From NCBI GenBank assembly GCA_024613925.1, contig GCA_024613925.1_4713.1: DNA of 64,000 nucleotides, one strand, 5' to 3'. This stretch comes from a phage. Below, piece after piece: positions 24,190 through 33,939 of the stretch (the first letter of the stretch is position 1; each line of letters starts with the position of its first letter). The translations under genes and the position numbers were made by a program. Under the pieces are notes generated by a model. It saw only the letters and a list, made by a program, of their open reading frames with translations. It was not told the DNA's origin and searched no databases.

Positions 24190-26343
24190 TTATAACGTTT
24201 CGAAGTCTTTTGCCTTGATGACCGCGTTGAAGTTGGCAAGGAATTCCTTAAGTAATGCTTGGAAAACATCGCGGAACGCCGCGTTCGTCTTCAAGCTGGT
24301 TAAATAATCGTTCTTAAGGTAATCACTCAGCTTACCGATCTTCTGCATCTTCTCGCCGTCTTGGTTCTCTCCAGGTTCTTGGCTGTTGATGTTAACCCAT
24401 TTGATCCCTTCGAGATCGCCATCGGCAAGGAAGTTAGCGGGTGTCTCATCATCGTTCAGGATTTTAATTGTATCACTGGATTCAATGCCGCCGTAAGCTT
24501 CCAGAAGCTGGTTGATGGTCAACTTATTGACGTTGATTGAACCATTGACACCATCGATAACGATGCCTGCACCTGTGATAGACGTTGCTGAAAGATCGAT
24601 TGGTCCGGTTAACTTACCCCCATTGATAGGGAGCGCACCGACTTGTTCGGCTGTGTGCGTATGATCGGCTAACGCCGCGAACGCTGCAATCGACTTGTAA
24701 GTCGAGTACGGTGTCATGTACGCTGTCTGGTTAGTCCTGTCAGCAGCTTGCACATCGGTGGCGACAGCAAAGTCCTGTACGTTCCCTAACCCCACTTGTA
24801 CCTTGGTTACTTCATGCGGGTTACTCTTATCGACAACGTGTGCTGCAAAACCATCACCTGCTAAAGCGATGATCGCTGCTTTTGTCGCAGCCGGTGTCAT
24901 ATAGCGGTTGGTCGCTACACCTGTTTGTGCTTCCACATCAGAAGCAACGGGATAGTTCTCAACGCTTCCCAACCCCACCTGCGCCTTGGTGACCCTGTGT
25001 GGGTTCTCGGTATTTGCGATGTGGCTACTGAACCCCTGACCAGCCATTTGCTCGATTGCATAACGAACAAGTATTGGTGTCATGTACTTGTTGTTAACCT
25101 GACCGTCGATAGCTTCTTGGGTAGTAGCAACCCCAAAGTTCTGCACGCTTCCCAGACCGACTTGGGCTTTGGTCACCCCATGTGGGTTGTTGGTGTTACC
25201 GATATGTTCGGTTACGGTTGGGGTGATTAACGCTGCGATGGCGGCTGCTGTGGTTGCAGGCGTCATGTATTTGTTGTTAGCAACACCCGCACCGGCTTCT
25301 GTGTTAGATGCTAAACCAAAGTCCTGCACATTACCTAACCCAACTTGGGCTTTGGTCACCCCATGTGGGTTGCTCTTGTTTCCGGTATGGGCTGTCAGCG
25401 AAGCATTAACGTTATCGATACGCGTACTTAAGCCATCAGTGATTGCTTTGATTGCTGCTCGTACACCCGCTGGAGTTGTGTACAGATTAGTGGCCGTACC
25501 GGTAATGGTTGCATTACTATCGGCTACACCGTAGTTCTCAACGTCCCCGAGTCCCACCTGGGCTTTGGTCACCTTGTGTGGGTTGTTGCGGTTACTGATG
25601 TGTGCGGCGGCACTATCACCACTAAGGTTAGCGATCATCTTACGCGTCATCGCCAACGTCATGTACAGATTTTCACCAACGGTTTCCAGATCGCTCTCGG
25701 TCGCTGTTGTGAAGTTCTGCACGTTCCCCAACCCAACCTGGACTTTCGTAACGCCGTGGGGATTATCGCGTCGATTCTCATGCTGCACTAACGCAGTCAT
25801 TGCTTTATTGAACCCTTCTTCAAGCGGTTCTTTCAATGATTCGATTGCCGCCACCACATCGTCCCACGTCATTGTGTCGGTTTCGACATTATGTTGGTGG
25901 TTGATTGGTGGGAATACGGAAGGAACGTCAGCAACCTTTTCCCAGAACGTAATGCGGGGGTCGTAGAGGTTGTTGGCTAAAACGTTAAGAATTTGTTGTT
26001 GATCAAGTGTAAACTCACCCCCCAGTGAATAGTAGTTCAGTTGCAACTGTCCACTGAATGCGGTGTCCAACAGCATGATGGAACCGTATAATTCCAGGCC
26101 GGTCAGCGCAGCCATGGCACGGAAGGGGTGAGTGCATAAAAAGTCAACGCCTTCTTCCAGATACGCGTTTGTTTCAGGGTTGTAGATCTTTAACCCATTA
26201 CGAAAATATGGCGCGTATTTAGGAACGAGAAAGTTAAATCCGGTCCCCGTGGAAGGACGGACAGTGACGAGTTCTTCTGGAACCCATGCGCCATCCAAAT
26301 TCCCCTGCGGGTTATACGGAAGGCGTTTAATTTCATCTGTCAT
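24190..26343 (-). CDS. tail fibre protein with NPH-VTKAQVGLGNV repeats
   Basis: 717 aa; at least 7 repeats of N-P-H-(G/K/R/E)-V-T-K-(A/V)-Q-V-G-L-G-(N/S/D)-V-(Q/E)-(N/D)-(F/Y), the same repeat type as 18464..20512. Confidence 0.7.
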   Translation of the reverse strand: MTDEIKRLPYNPQGNLDGAWVPEELVTVRPSTGTGFNFLVPKYAPYFRNGLKIYNPETNAYLEEGVDFLCTHPFRAMAALTGLELYGSIMLLDTAFSGQLQLNYYSLGGEFTLDQQQILNVLANNLYDPRITFWEKVADVPSVFPPINHQHNVETDTMTWDDVVAAIESLKEPLEEGFNKAMTALVQHENRRDNPHGVTKVQVGLGNVQNFTTATESDLETVGENLYMTLAMTRKMIANLSGDSAAAHISNRNNPHKVTKAQVGLGDVENYGVADSNATITGTATNLYTTPAGVRAAIKAITDGLSTRIDNVNASLTAHTGNKSNPHGVTKAQVGLGNVQDFGLASNTEAGAGVANNKYMTPATTAAAIAALITPTVTEHIGNTNNPHGVTKAQVGLGSVQNFGVATTQEAIDGQVNNKYMTPILVRYAIEQMAGQGFSSHIANTENPHRVTKAQVGLGSVENYPVASDVEAQTGVATNRYMTPAATKAAIIALAGDGFAAHVVDKSNPHEVTKVQVGLGNVQDFAVATDVQAADRTNQTAYMTPYSTYKSIAAFAALADHTHTAEQVGALPINGGKLTGPIDLSATSITGAGIVIDGVNGSINVNKLTINQLLEAYGGIESSDTIKILNDDETPANFLADGDLEGIKWVNINSQEPGENQDGEKMQKIGKLSDYLKNDYLTSLKTNAAFRDVFQALLKEFLANFNAVIKAKDFETL
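24710..25775 (-). repeat. in-frame tandem repeat array inside the second tail fibre gene
   Basis: recurring ccccatgtgggttg / ccttgtgtgggttg DNA units at about 180-bp spacing; boundaries approximate. Confidence 0.6.
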
Positions 26344-26375
26344 GATGCGCCCTTTACAAGTTGTTAGTAAGTATG

Positions 26376-26393
26376 GGATACCCTGGGGTATCC
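26376..26393. other. 7-bp-stem hairpin (ggatacc-ctgg-ggtatcc) in the divergent leader region
   Basis: read directly; lies between the starts of 24190..26343 (minus) and 26448..27728 (plus). Confidence 0.35.
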
Positions 26394-26447
26394 TGTGTTA
26401 ACAGCGGTAAAATATTACTGTAACTATAAAATAAGGGGGCCTCTCCC

Positions 26448-27728
26448 ATGTATACATTGGTAAAAACTTACGGGTTACCCGTAGGTTCTGGCACGGCCTG
26501 GACAGCGCTTGAGGCGGGTGAAAGTGTCCTGAGTACGTTGTTCTCAACGTATCAAAAACTCAAGATCCAGGTCCATGAAAGCTATGCTGACCAGCAACAA
26601 GTTATTGATCTGTACACATTTCAATCCGAGCTTCAAAACAGCAGTGATACGCTCAATGCGTGGTTGAAAGCGAAATCGGATGCACATACCAACCTTCGCG
26701 GACAGCCTGGTGAGCTGTCGATTAAAACTCACAAGCTTTATTGTCATGACGCTATTACGGTAGGCTTTCTCCCTAAAGTCGGTAATAGCGGTTATCATCC
26801 GAGCAATGCGATCCCTGAGTCGGAACGCACTGATATCCTGTTGACGAAAGCGAATACGAATTACGAAAATATCGGCAAACACTGCTTGTTCACCGTAGGC
26901 GGTTATGTTCATCCTCACGTCTACGGTAAAGACGTTGGTGTCTATATCCAGGGTGGGTTCAAGACGGCACAGCGTAGCCAAGAAAACGATATCGGCATGA
27001 TTGATTTTAGCCGTATCGGGAGTTTGGAAATTCATGCTATCACAGAAGAGATGATTGCTGATTCCACGAAGCTCTTGCCGTATAAGGACGAGATGTACTT
27101 GCGGTTACCGCGCAAGGTCGCCGAAGATGAAACCGTCGCGCTGGTGTTCGGGGGATATTTACATCTTCTTGACGATTGTTACACGATCGTTAGCGACACG
27201 ACAGCGAAAATAAACTGCATTAACATGTTTCTCTATGAACGATACTTCCGTTCCCGCAAATACCTTGATCTAACATCTCTTGGTATTCTGTTGAACGAAG
27301 AAGACCCGCAGTCCGACATTGTTGCCAATCGTTTATTGTCCGATAAAGCATTAAAAGCGTGGGTGACGCATCCTTGCAGTTTCTGGGTGTATATCAAAGC
27401 AACATCGATTCAGGTTACGCAAGAACCTTTACCACGAAGTGGCGTACCAGGACAGTATTTCTTAGGTAAGAAACCGGAAGGACTGATTCGAGCCGATCTC
27501 GGCGAGTTACCGGCTTACGTACAGACCTATGAAAAACCGTTATGGGTACTTCACTCGCGCTGGGGACTTCGTAAGAACATGTTGTTTGAAAATACGTTGT
27601 ACAAACATACGCGCGTTAAGCGGCTTAACGATACGCCTTATCTTCACCAGGTCTGGTTGGAAACGCATGCGACGTTGCAGACAGTACACAAGCTCGAATT
27701 GATCGATTCCAGTCAGAAAAACAAATAA
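26448..27728 (+). CDS. hypothetical protein
   Basis: 426-aa ORF; SD-like aagggggcc upstream of ATG; followed by hairpin 27739..27770. Confidence 0.5.
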   Translation: MYTLVKTYGLPVGSGTAWTALEAGESVLSTLFSTYQKLKIQVHESYADQQQVIDLYTFQSELQNSSDTLNAWLKAKSDAHTNLRGQPGELSIKTHKLYCHDAITVGFLPKVGNSGYHPSNAIPESERTDILLTKANTNYENIGKHCLFTVGGYVHPHVYGKDVGVYIQGGFKTAQRSQENDIGMIDFSRIGSLEIHAITEEMIADSTKLLPYKDEMYLRLPRKVAEDETVALVFGGYLHLLDDCYTIVSDTTAKINCINMFLYERYFRSRKYLDLTSLGILLNEEDPQSDIVANRLLSDKALKAWVTHPCSFWVYIKATSIQVTQEPLPRSGVPGQYFLGKKPEGLIRADLGELPAYVQTYEKPLWVLHSRWGLRKNMLFENTLYKHTRVKRLNDTPYLHQVWLETHATLQTVHKLELIDSSQKNK

Positions 27729-27738
27729 CCAAACATAA

Positions 27739-27770
27739 CCCTCCTCCAACCCAACAGGGAAGGAGGAGGG
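27739..27770. terminator. CCTCC/GGAGG-arm hairpin between convergent genes (probably bidirectional terminator)
   Basis: ccctcctcc-aacccaacagggaa-ggaggaggg; convergent gene ends at 27728 (plus) and 27780 (minus). Confidence 0.6.
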
Positions 27771-27779
27771 AATATGCTG

Positions 27780-28685
27780 TTATGCTACATATAACGTTAG
27801 ATAACCATCGATGAGCGTATTCATCACACTAAGTTGAAGTACGACGGCTTTACTAACATCCGTACGCACGCCAAACGGTAGTGTTTTGAATTGCTCTGGA
27901 TCGGCTATTACTCTCGCATTCTGCAAGTTGAGTGGTCCAGGCATTGCTGACAGTACCCAGCGATCGTTGACCGTAAGACCGTCGATCTCTTCAGAGAGAC
28001 CCAATTGCAGCATGTTCATTTCTGCAATTAGTGCCTCCGATTGCGTATCACCTGAGGTTAACGTATAACCATCGGTAAGTGATGCCAGAACACCAGCAGA
28101 TACGAACCAGTTGTACGAAACAATAGCGCCTGGGAGTTTACTGCTATCTCGATCGATGATATAATTCAACCCAGCCAACATATTGTTGCGAACGAGGTTG
28201 TTGAGGTCGTTATGTCCTGAGGTTAACTCAACAAGTAACTGACCAACCCATACTTGGTTACCGGGTTTAGGTGTTATCACAACCTGTATCGGTGACTTGG
28301 ACTTATCCAGATCCGCGTCGACAATCTCGGTTTTGTTGAGAAGGATACCGTACGTCGATGCTAAGACAGGTAGGATCTCAGAAACCTTGGTTAATGCATC
28401 TAAGGTTTCGATCTCGATAGGCCAGCGGTGCTGTCCGCCAGACCAAGTACCCAGTTTACCAAGATCGATGCGGTTATAATAGATGTCGACAGAGTTCACC
28501 AGCCCTGAACCCGGTTGGGGATGCACGGTTAACTTGCTGTTACGCTTGTACCCTGTGCTTTCAGAAGCCTCACCGATAACCAGTTTATCCAGCGTTACGC
28601 CTCGAGCATCGAAATCGCTATGCTTTCGAATCAGCCGAAAGAGGATTTCTTTCGATTCTAACCCTAGGATTTCACTGTACTCCAT
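27780..28685 (-). CDS. paralog family A member (P3)
   Basis: 301 aa; motifs YKRNSKLTVHP, IYYNRIDLG, LPVLASTYGILL, DRWVLSAM shared with P1, P5 and P6. Confidence 0.55.
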   Translation of the reverse strand: MEYSEILGLESKEILFRLIRKHSDFDARGVTLDKLVIGEASESTGYKRNSKLTVHPQPGSGLVNSVDIYYNRIDLGKLGTWSGGQHRWPIEIETLDALTKVSEILPVLASTYGILLNKTEIVDADLDKSKSPIQVVITPKPGNQVWVGQLLVELTSGHNDLNNLVRNNMLAGLNYIIDRDSSKLPGAIVSYNWFVSAGVLASLTDGYTLTSGDTQSEALIAEMNMLQLGLSEEIDGLTVNDRWVLSAMPGPLNLQNARVIADPEQFKTLPFGVRTDVSKAVVLQLSVMNTLIDGYLTLYVA

Positions 28686-28700
28686 TTAACACCCCTTAGG

Positions 28701-29585
28701 TTACGGTAGGATTTCTGCGCCCGTCGGGCCTGCCTTACGAGCTTCCAACGCACCAAGGTCGTATTTCAGTGTCAGCGTATCGTTGGTGGTATAAAGGTTG
28801 TGGTAAGTCGAAATCAGATCGGTAACCTGCGCGCCGACGATTTCGTTCATGTCGAAGGTAGAACCTTGACCATCATCAGCACGAACGATTTTGTCACCAG
28901 CAGAGACCATCCCAATTTCAGAAATAACCGCGTACTCTTCGCCACCTTCGGTGAGTTTAGCCACATTGAGATATTCGTTAATATCCCACGGCGTCCAAAC
29001 CAAAGAGACTTTACAGCTGTAGTCGTAGTACTCCCCGGTCGCTACCAGAATTCCGGTTGTTGGAATATCCGGTCGGGCGGGGTTGAGGTTCGCGTCGGTT
29101 GGATGCCATTCGATGGTCTGAGCGACGCCGTCGACGTATTTGGTATAACGCATGGAGCGGACAACGTTATCGAAATCGATGCGACGACCGTAATAACAGA
29201 TATACTTTTTACCGCTTTCCAGTGTCTCAATACGACGTAACCCAAATCTAGCGCGTTCGTCCGTGGTCAAATCGTTACCAACTTCACGCATCACGAAAGG
29301 CTTGATTTTCCACGGTGAAAGATCGCTTGCTTCGTGAGCGATCGGCATCGAGGAAGGGATACCGTTAGCGTTGCGGATGAATTCATGACCTTGGTTGCCG
29401 ATACAGAAGTAACGTACAGCAGGATTACCCTCGGGGTAAACCTTTGATTGAATCTGAAGCTTTTCATTCAAGGTGCTGTGTTCTTCCCACGCATGAGGAA
29501 GACCGAGCGTAAGGTTAGTTTGTACTTGACCGCCGATAATCGTACGGACGATACGATCGGTAGCACGGATTTGTGTAGAAGCCAT
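28701..29585 (-). CDS. hypothetical protein (possible distant family A relative)
   Basis: 294 aa; only a YYGRRIDF-like motif is shared with the family; embedded in the paralog array. Confidence 0.45.
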   Translation of the reverse strand: MASTQIRATDRIVRTIIGGQVQTNLTLGLPHAWEEHSTLNEKLQIQSKVYPEGNPAVRYFCIGNQGHEFIRNANGIPSSMPIAHEASDLSPWKIKPFVMREVGNDLTTDERARFGLRRIETLESGKKYICYYGRRIDFDNVVRSMRYTKYVDGVAQTIEWHPTDANLNPARPDIPTTGILVATGEYYDYSCKVSLVWTPWDINEYLNVAKLTEGGEEYAVISEIGMVSAGDKIVRADDGQGSTFDMNEIVGAQVTDLISTYHNLYTTNDTLTLKYDLGALEARKAGPTGAEILP

Positions 29586-29601
29586 GTCTTTTCCTATTTA
29601 A

Positions 29602-30453
29602 TCAGTTATATTGCATCAACAGGATACCGCCGTAGTTCGTGCAGTAATCTTGGCTAAGCGTAACGATAACAGCGTTAGCGAACGCTGGGTTAACAGGATA
29701 ACCCTGTGCGATAAGTTCTGTTGTTTTACCGGTCGCGAGCACGGTGGCTCCGTAAAGGTTGTTTTCATCTTCACGGCCGTTATACACCCACGGGGTTGGC
29801 GCAACGTTGTTGAATAAGCTAACCAATGCGCTTAAGTTACCACCAACTTTTAACCCAGCAAGATCGGAACGGATCGCTGTACAGTCTATGGCGTAACTGT
29901 AGACCAATGCCTGGATACGATTTGCGGTGTAGTACGGGAAATTGAGACCGGTCATCACCGTGGTCTTCATCATCCCCGCAATATCGTGGGCACTATCGAG
30001 GAGATAGAACGTAACACTTCCCGTCCAGGCCAATCCGGTTGTTTTCAACTCTACGGTGTGAGGGAACGGATATTCATCACCTCGTACAATCGGAGAATCG
30101 ACGCAGCTATCCTGATCGATAACGATACCGTACGTTGATTGAATCAGAGGGATAAGATCGTGCGTCGTTTTAACCCCGGCATCGATAGCAAGCTTCGGTT
30201 CCATTCCCAAGAAGAAGTCTTGGATAGGAATACGATCGTACCACACGTAGCTGCTTTCGCGGTATTGTGCTGGTGTTACTGTTGCCGAAGGCGATACCTT
30301 AGCGCGTGTGTTCCGTTTATACGCATGGTTTCCGTTTTCAGCAACGTCCGTGATATCAAGTGCATCGAAGTTAAAGTCGAAGTCAGGATTGGCTGTCTGA
30401 ATAAGTTCAGCGACCAGTACTTTAGGACTTTTGTTTAACAATTTCTGACTCAT
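29602..30453 (-). CDS. paralog family A member (P5)
   Basis: 283 aa; motifs YKRNTRAKVSP, VWYDRIPIQDF, LAWTGSV, PTPWVYN, QDYCTNYGGILL. Confidence 0.55.
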   Translation of the reverse strand: MSQKLLNKSPKVLVAELIQTANPDFDFNFDALDITDVAENGNHAYKRNTRAKVSPSATVTPAQYRESSYVWYDRIPIQDFFLGMEPKLAIDAGVKTTHDLIPLIQSTYGIVIDQDSCVDSPIVRGDEYPFPHTVELKTTGLAWTGSVTFYLLDSAHDIAGMMKTTVMTGLNFPYYTANRIQALVYSYAIDCTAIRSDLAGLKVGGNLSALVSLFNNVAPTPWVYNGREDENNLYGATVLATGKTTELIAQGYPVNPAFANAVIVTLSQDYCTNYGGILLMQYN

Positions 30454-30463
30454 TGTTTATTCC

Positions 30464-31399
30464 TTAGCCTTGTTCTTCTGGAGAACGACCCTGGAGGCTT
30501 GCGGTATGTCCGTCGACATTGTAATAGAAAATCAATGGACCGCCAACGGCAGTACAGTAGTTTTCATCCAGACTGATCTCGATACCGTATTGGTAACCTG
30601 CTCTTGCTGGAATACGTCCGCCTAACTCACCGTTGAAAGCCACTTTAGCATTATACAGGTTATACGGTGCGGCGTTGTCGTCTAATACCCAACGGTCGGT
30701 AGTCATTTCAGCCAGAAGATCGGCGACCACCACATCGCTAATAACGGTACCTGTTACCAGCGAAGCCAGCAGTTCACCGTAATCAGAAGTATCACGACTG
30801 TAACTGTAGATCTCGCCGCTAGCGCGTACGCCTTGACCGAAGAACTTAAGACCATCCAGCTCTTTGATCGCGATAATATCATCAAGATTCGGTACACGCG
30901 ACTTCATCAAGATACGAACGCTCCCCGTCCAAGCCAGGCAGCTAGATGAAACACGAAGCAATTGTCCGTTAACGGTATCCCAGCTAAGTTCGTCGTTGAC
31001 GATTTCTTCCGCGGTAAGGCCAAGACCGAAACGTTCTTTGATGATAGGCCAGATATCACGCATCTTGGCGGCGTCTGGCGCATCGATAAGAATAGGCGCT
31101 ACGTTACGCAGATACGCACCGATGTTAATACGATCGTAATACAGCGTCGTCGAACCTTCATAATCGTCCAACTCGGTAAGCTTAGCGGTTGCTGTCGCCG
31201 TAATCTGGGTGTCGCGCTCGTAGGCGCTTTGGTTGGTGGTTGGTGTTCCTAAAACCAATAATTCAGGGGTTAGAACATGCTCTCCGTTCTGAGGTGGGTT
31301 ATCGTGGTTGATAAGACCATACACGAGATCGGATGAGGGTAAAGAGACGTCGACCGGGTAAAGTTCGGTGTCGTCAATAGTTGTTACCGTATCACTCAC
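30464..31399 (-). CDS. paralog family A member (P6)
   Basis: 311 aa; motifs LYYDRINIG, LAWTGSV, TDRWVLDD, DENYCTAVGGPLIF; GTG start with AGGAGG 5 nt upstream. Confidence 0.55.
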   Translation of the reverse strand: MSDTVTTIDDTELYPVDVSLPSSDLVYGLINHDNPPQNGEHVLTPELLVLGTPTTNQSAYERDTQITATATAKLTELDDYEGSTTLYYDRINIGAYLRNVAPILIDAPDAAKMRDIWPIIKERFGLGLTAEEIVNDELSWDTVNGQLLRVSSSCLAWTGSVRILMKSRVPNLDDIIAIKELDGLKFFGQGVRASGEIYSYSRDTSDYGELLASLVTGTVISDVVVADLLAEMTTDRWVLDDNAAPYNLYNAKVAFNGELGGRIPARAGYQYGIEISLDENYCTAVGGPLIFYYNVDGHTASLQGRSPEEQG

Positions 31400-31458
31400 G
31401 GTGACCTCCTCGCCGGGAATTAGATAAAAAAGACTTTACGATTTGCTGCGCTATCACG

Positions 31459-33939
31459 TTAAACGTCCTCGATAGGCAAAGGTTTAACAATCAAACGATT
31501 GAGCGGATTCGATAGACGCATACTGATAGGCTTATACGCAACATGATTCGTCTCACTTAGAGCCACTGATCTGAAACGACCGTTCAACTGTTTGTAAATC
31601 GGTTCTATCCAGAGACCTCGAAGATCACGTTTACGGAAACGTTGTTCGAACGGTTTGATTGGGGTTACGGTTAACCCACGCAACGACTCTGACGGCAGAC
31701 GTTCACGAAGGTCGCGTGGTGCCCGACCTGGGAACGGCGCAAGCCACAAACCGTCGAGCGGATTTTTACGGAAACGCAACGAGACAGGATCGCTAATGAC
31801 TTGTGCCCAATATTGCGTACTGAATCGAACGGTTTGGGTGTTCTCGTAACCACTACAATCACACCAGGTTGGTTTCGGAGGCGCTTCCAAACTTTCAACC
31901 GCCGATTCACGCCAGTTCGTCATCGGGTTGTTATCATGTACAAATTTGATAACTTCCGTAGCCTGGTTATCCGTATCATGAACGTTTGCTTGCGCCCAGT
32001 CTTCCCACAGTTCTTCACTACCGCTTACTAAACTCGAGCCAAGACGGATGGCAATCTTGTTTAGCGGTTTGATTGGATCGCTGTTGATTGTCTGGATAAA
32101 ATGGATGGTGTAACTACTCAATGTCTTAAGCAGCTGCAGCATTCCGTATTGAATATCCTTAAGACTGGTGACATCTTCCAAATCTTGACCGGTGGCCTTT
32201 GTGAAGATATCGAGAGCCAGAATTCCCGCCTCTTCTTGACTGATTGCGTCAAGCTCCCAATCCATCGATAAGAACCATTCCTTGTAGAGCTGTCCAATAC
32301 CGAAGTCGACACCAACATCCATGTAGAAGTTTTCAACGATTGCTTCAGCCATGCCTCGAGCTTGATAATGTTCCTGGAGCTGATACATGAACTGATGGCG
32401 ACGCCAACCCTGGTAAATCTCGGTAACGGCGCTCAGAAACTCTTCAGTACTGACGACCGCACGCAGCGTCACTTGCTTATCCAAACACCACCAGATCAGT
32501 TTATCGGGAATGATAGCAGGATCGGTAATGCTACGGAGATGGTCGAATGTCGGTAGCGTTAATACCCTGACGTGGTTAGCATGGATCTTAGGTACTTCAA
32601 TCAGCGTCATACCCATCGAATAGTTCAGCAAATACAAGAACAGCTTGTATGCATCTTTCATCGACATCGTCATGGTATCACCCGTCACCGGGTTGGTTGT
32701 TGTCAACCGTGACTGATACATGCCTATCGCGCTAAGATGAATCCATTCGTTCAGCAGGAAATCATACTTAGGATACAATTCACTGTCTGTAAGGTCTTCC
32801 GCTTCACTTTCCAACACCTTGGTCGTTAAGGTATTGTTGTCGTGCATCGACATCTTCTCTATCGTGCGGTTAAGCTCGGTATAATACTCCGCTTCGTTAT
32901 CCCGCGCTAGAGGGAACTGTTGTTGCATCACGGTAGTGACCTTACGTCTTACCGTGCCATTACCGACGATCTCTTGAAGGTTAAGCGGTTTACGCTCCAT
33001 GTAAACTGTGGGTTTTAACGTCTGAGGTATCTCGGAAGCGTCTTGTTTGATCGAGAACGCACCGATTGGAATCCCACGATCGGTTAATACCTTTTGAATG
33101 AGCTTATCGTAGTTTTCCGTTCTGCCCATGTTTCTTTCAATGTAAGCGATGTTACGATAGAACCAGAGCATTTGGGATTCGGTCATGTATCGCTTGAATC
33201 GATCAAGACCTTGATGGCTTGCCAGATAACTCCAGATATGGAAGCTATGGGCATAATGGGTATGACAGTTTTCCCAACGAATACCTTTTATCATCTCAGG
33301 TATTTGTGTGAATAGGATGGCGTATAGCGCAGGCCAATGAAGCATATCGACGCTCTCATATGCCGGATGTTCCCAGCGTCTGAAGTAATCGTCGATTTCT
33401 TGCTGTAAACGTGGAATAAGATTGGCCTCGCGCGACTCAACCTCTTGTGTATCGTACCAGAGAATCTCATGATTGCGTGCCGCAATTGCTTTCTCGATAT
33501 CGATGGGGTTAAGGATACCCAAGATCAACATACGTTGTTCCGGGTACCGCGCAATTAAACGATTGAAATAATCTCCACCATACGCGTATTCCCTTGCTGT
33601 CATGCGATGCCGTAACATGTTTTCCTTGGTGAACTCGATCTCTTCGAGCGTATCCAGGGAATTTACGGTCATCATTGTCTGACAAGGATGATACTCGCCA
33701 GCGAGATTCATGTAGTATAACCACGTGCGTGGGTCGTCCCCGACGGCCATCTGGTAGACTTCGGAAACCTTGAGGTTTAACCGTTCTGCCGTGATGTCGC
33801 TTTTAATAATCAGGGTGTCCGTTAGACGCTGCACGCTTTCCGAATAAAGCTGATAGTCAGTGTTGGACACGATCGGTCCTCCAAGGAGCCAGTGTAAATG
33901 AACGATATAAATAAAGGGCGCGTCGCCCTCGAACGTCAA
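31459..33939 (-). CDS. large hypothetical protein with basic C-terminal tandem motifs
   Basis: 826-aa ORF; C-terminal RFRKNPLDGLWLAP ... RFRKRDLRGLWIEP ... NGRFRS; the N-terminal 14 codons overlap the divergent gene 33898..36807, so the true start is probably internal. Confidence 0.5.
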   Translation of the reverse strand: MTFEGDAPFIYIVHLHWLLGGPIVSNTDYQLYSESVQRLTDTLIIKSDITAERLNLKVSEVYQMAVGDDPRTWLYYMNLAGEYHPCQTMMTVNSLDTLEEIEFTKENMLRHRMTAREYAYGGDYFNRLIARYPEQRMLILGILNPIDIEKAIAARNHEILWYDTQEVESREANLIPRLQQEIDDYFRRWEHPAYESVDMLHWPALYAILFTQIPEMIKGIRWENCHTHYAHSFHIWSYLASHQGLDRFKRYMTESQMLWFYRNIAYIERNMGRTENYDKLIQKVLTDRGIPIGAFSIKQDASEIPQTLKPTVYMERKPLNLQEIVGNGTVRRKVTTVMQQQFPLARDNEAEYYTELNRTIEKMSMHDNNTLTTKVLESEAEDLTDSELYPKYDFLLNEWIHLSAIGMYQSRLTTTNPVTGDTMTMSMKDAYKLFLYLLNYSMGMTLIEVPKIHANHVRVLTLPTFDHLRSITDPAIIPDKLIWWCLDKQVTLRAVVSTEEFLSAVTEIYQGWRRHQFMYQLQEHYQARGMAEAIVENFYMDVGVDFGIGQLYKEWFLSMDWELDAISQEEAGILALDIFTKATGQDLEDVTSLKDIQYGMLQLLKTLSSYTIHFIQTINSDPIKPLNKIAIRLGSSLVSGSEELWEDWAQANVHDTDNQATEVIKFVHDNNPMTNWRESAVESLEAPPKPTWCDCSGYENTQTVRFSTQYWAQVISDPVSLRFRKNPLDGLWLAPFPGRAPRDLRERLPSESLRGLTVTPIKPFEQRFRKRDLRGLWIEPIYKQLNGRFRSVALSETNHVAYKPISMRLSNPLNRLIVKPLPIEDV

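Noticed and set aside
18464-26343. Possible CRISPR array or DGR target suggested by regular repeats in the fibre genes
   Set aside because: The repeats are in-frame protein repeats of about 180 bp with divergent units, not short identical direct repeats with unique spacers. No reverse transcriptase or template repeat was seen in the window.
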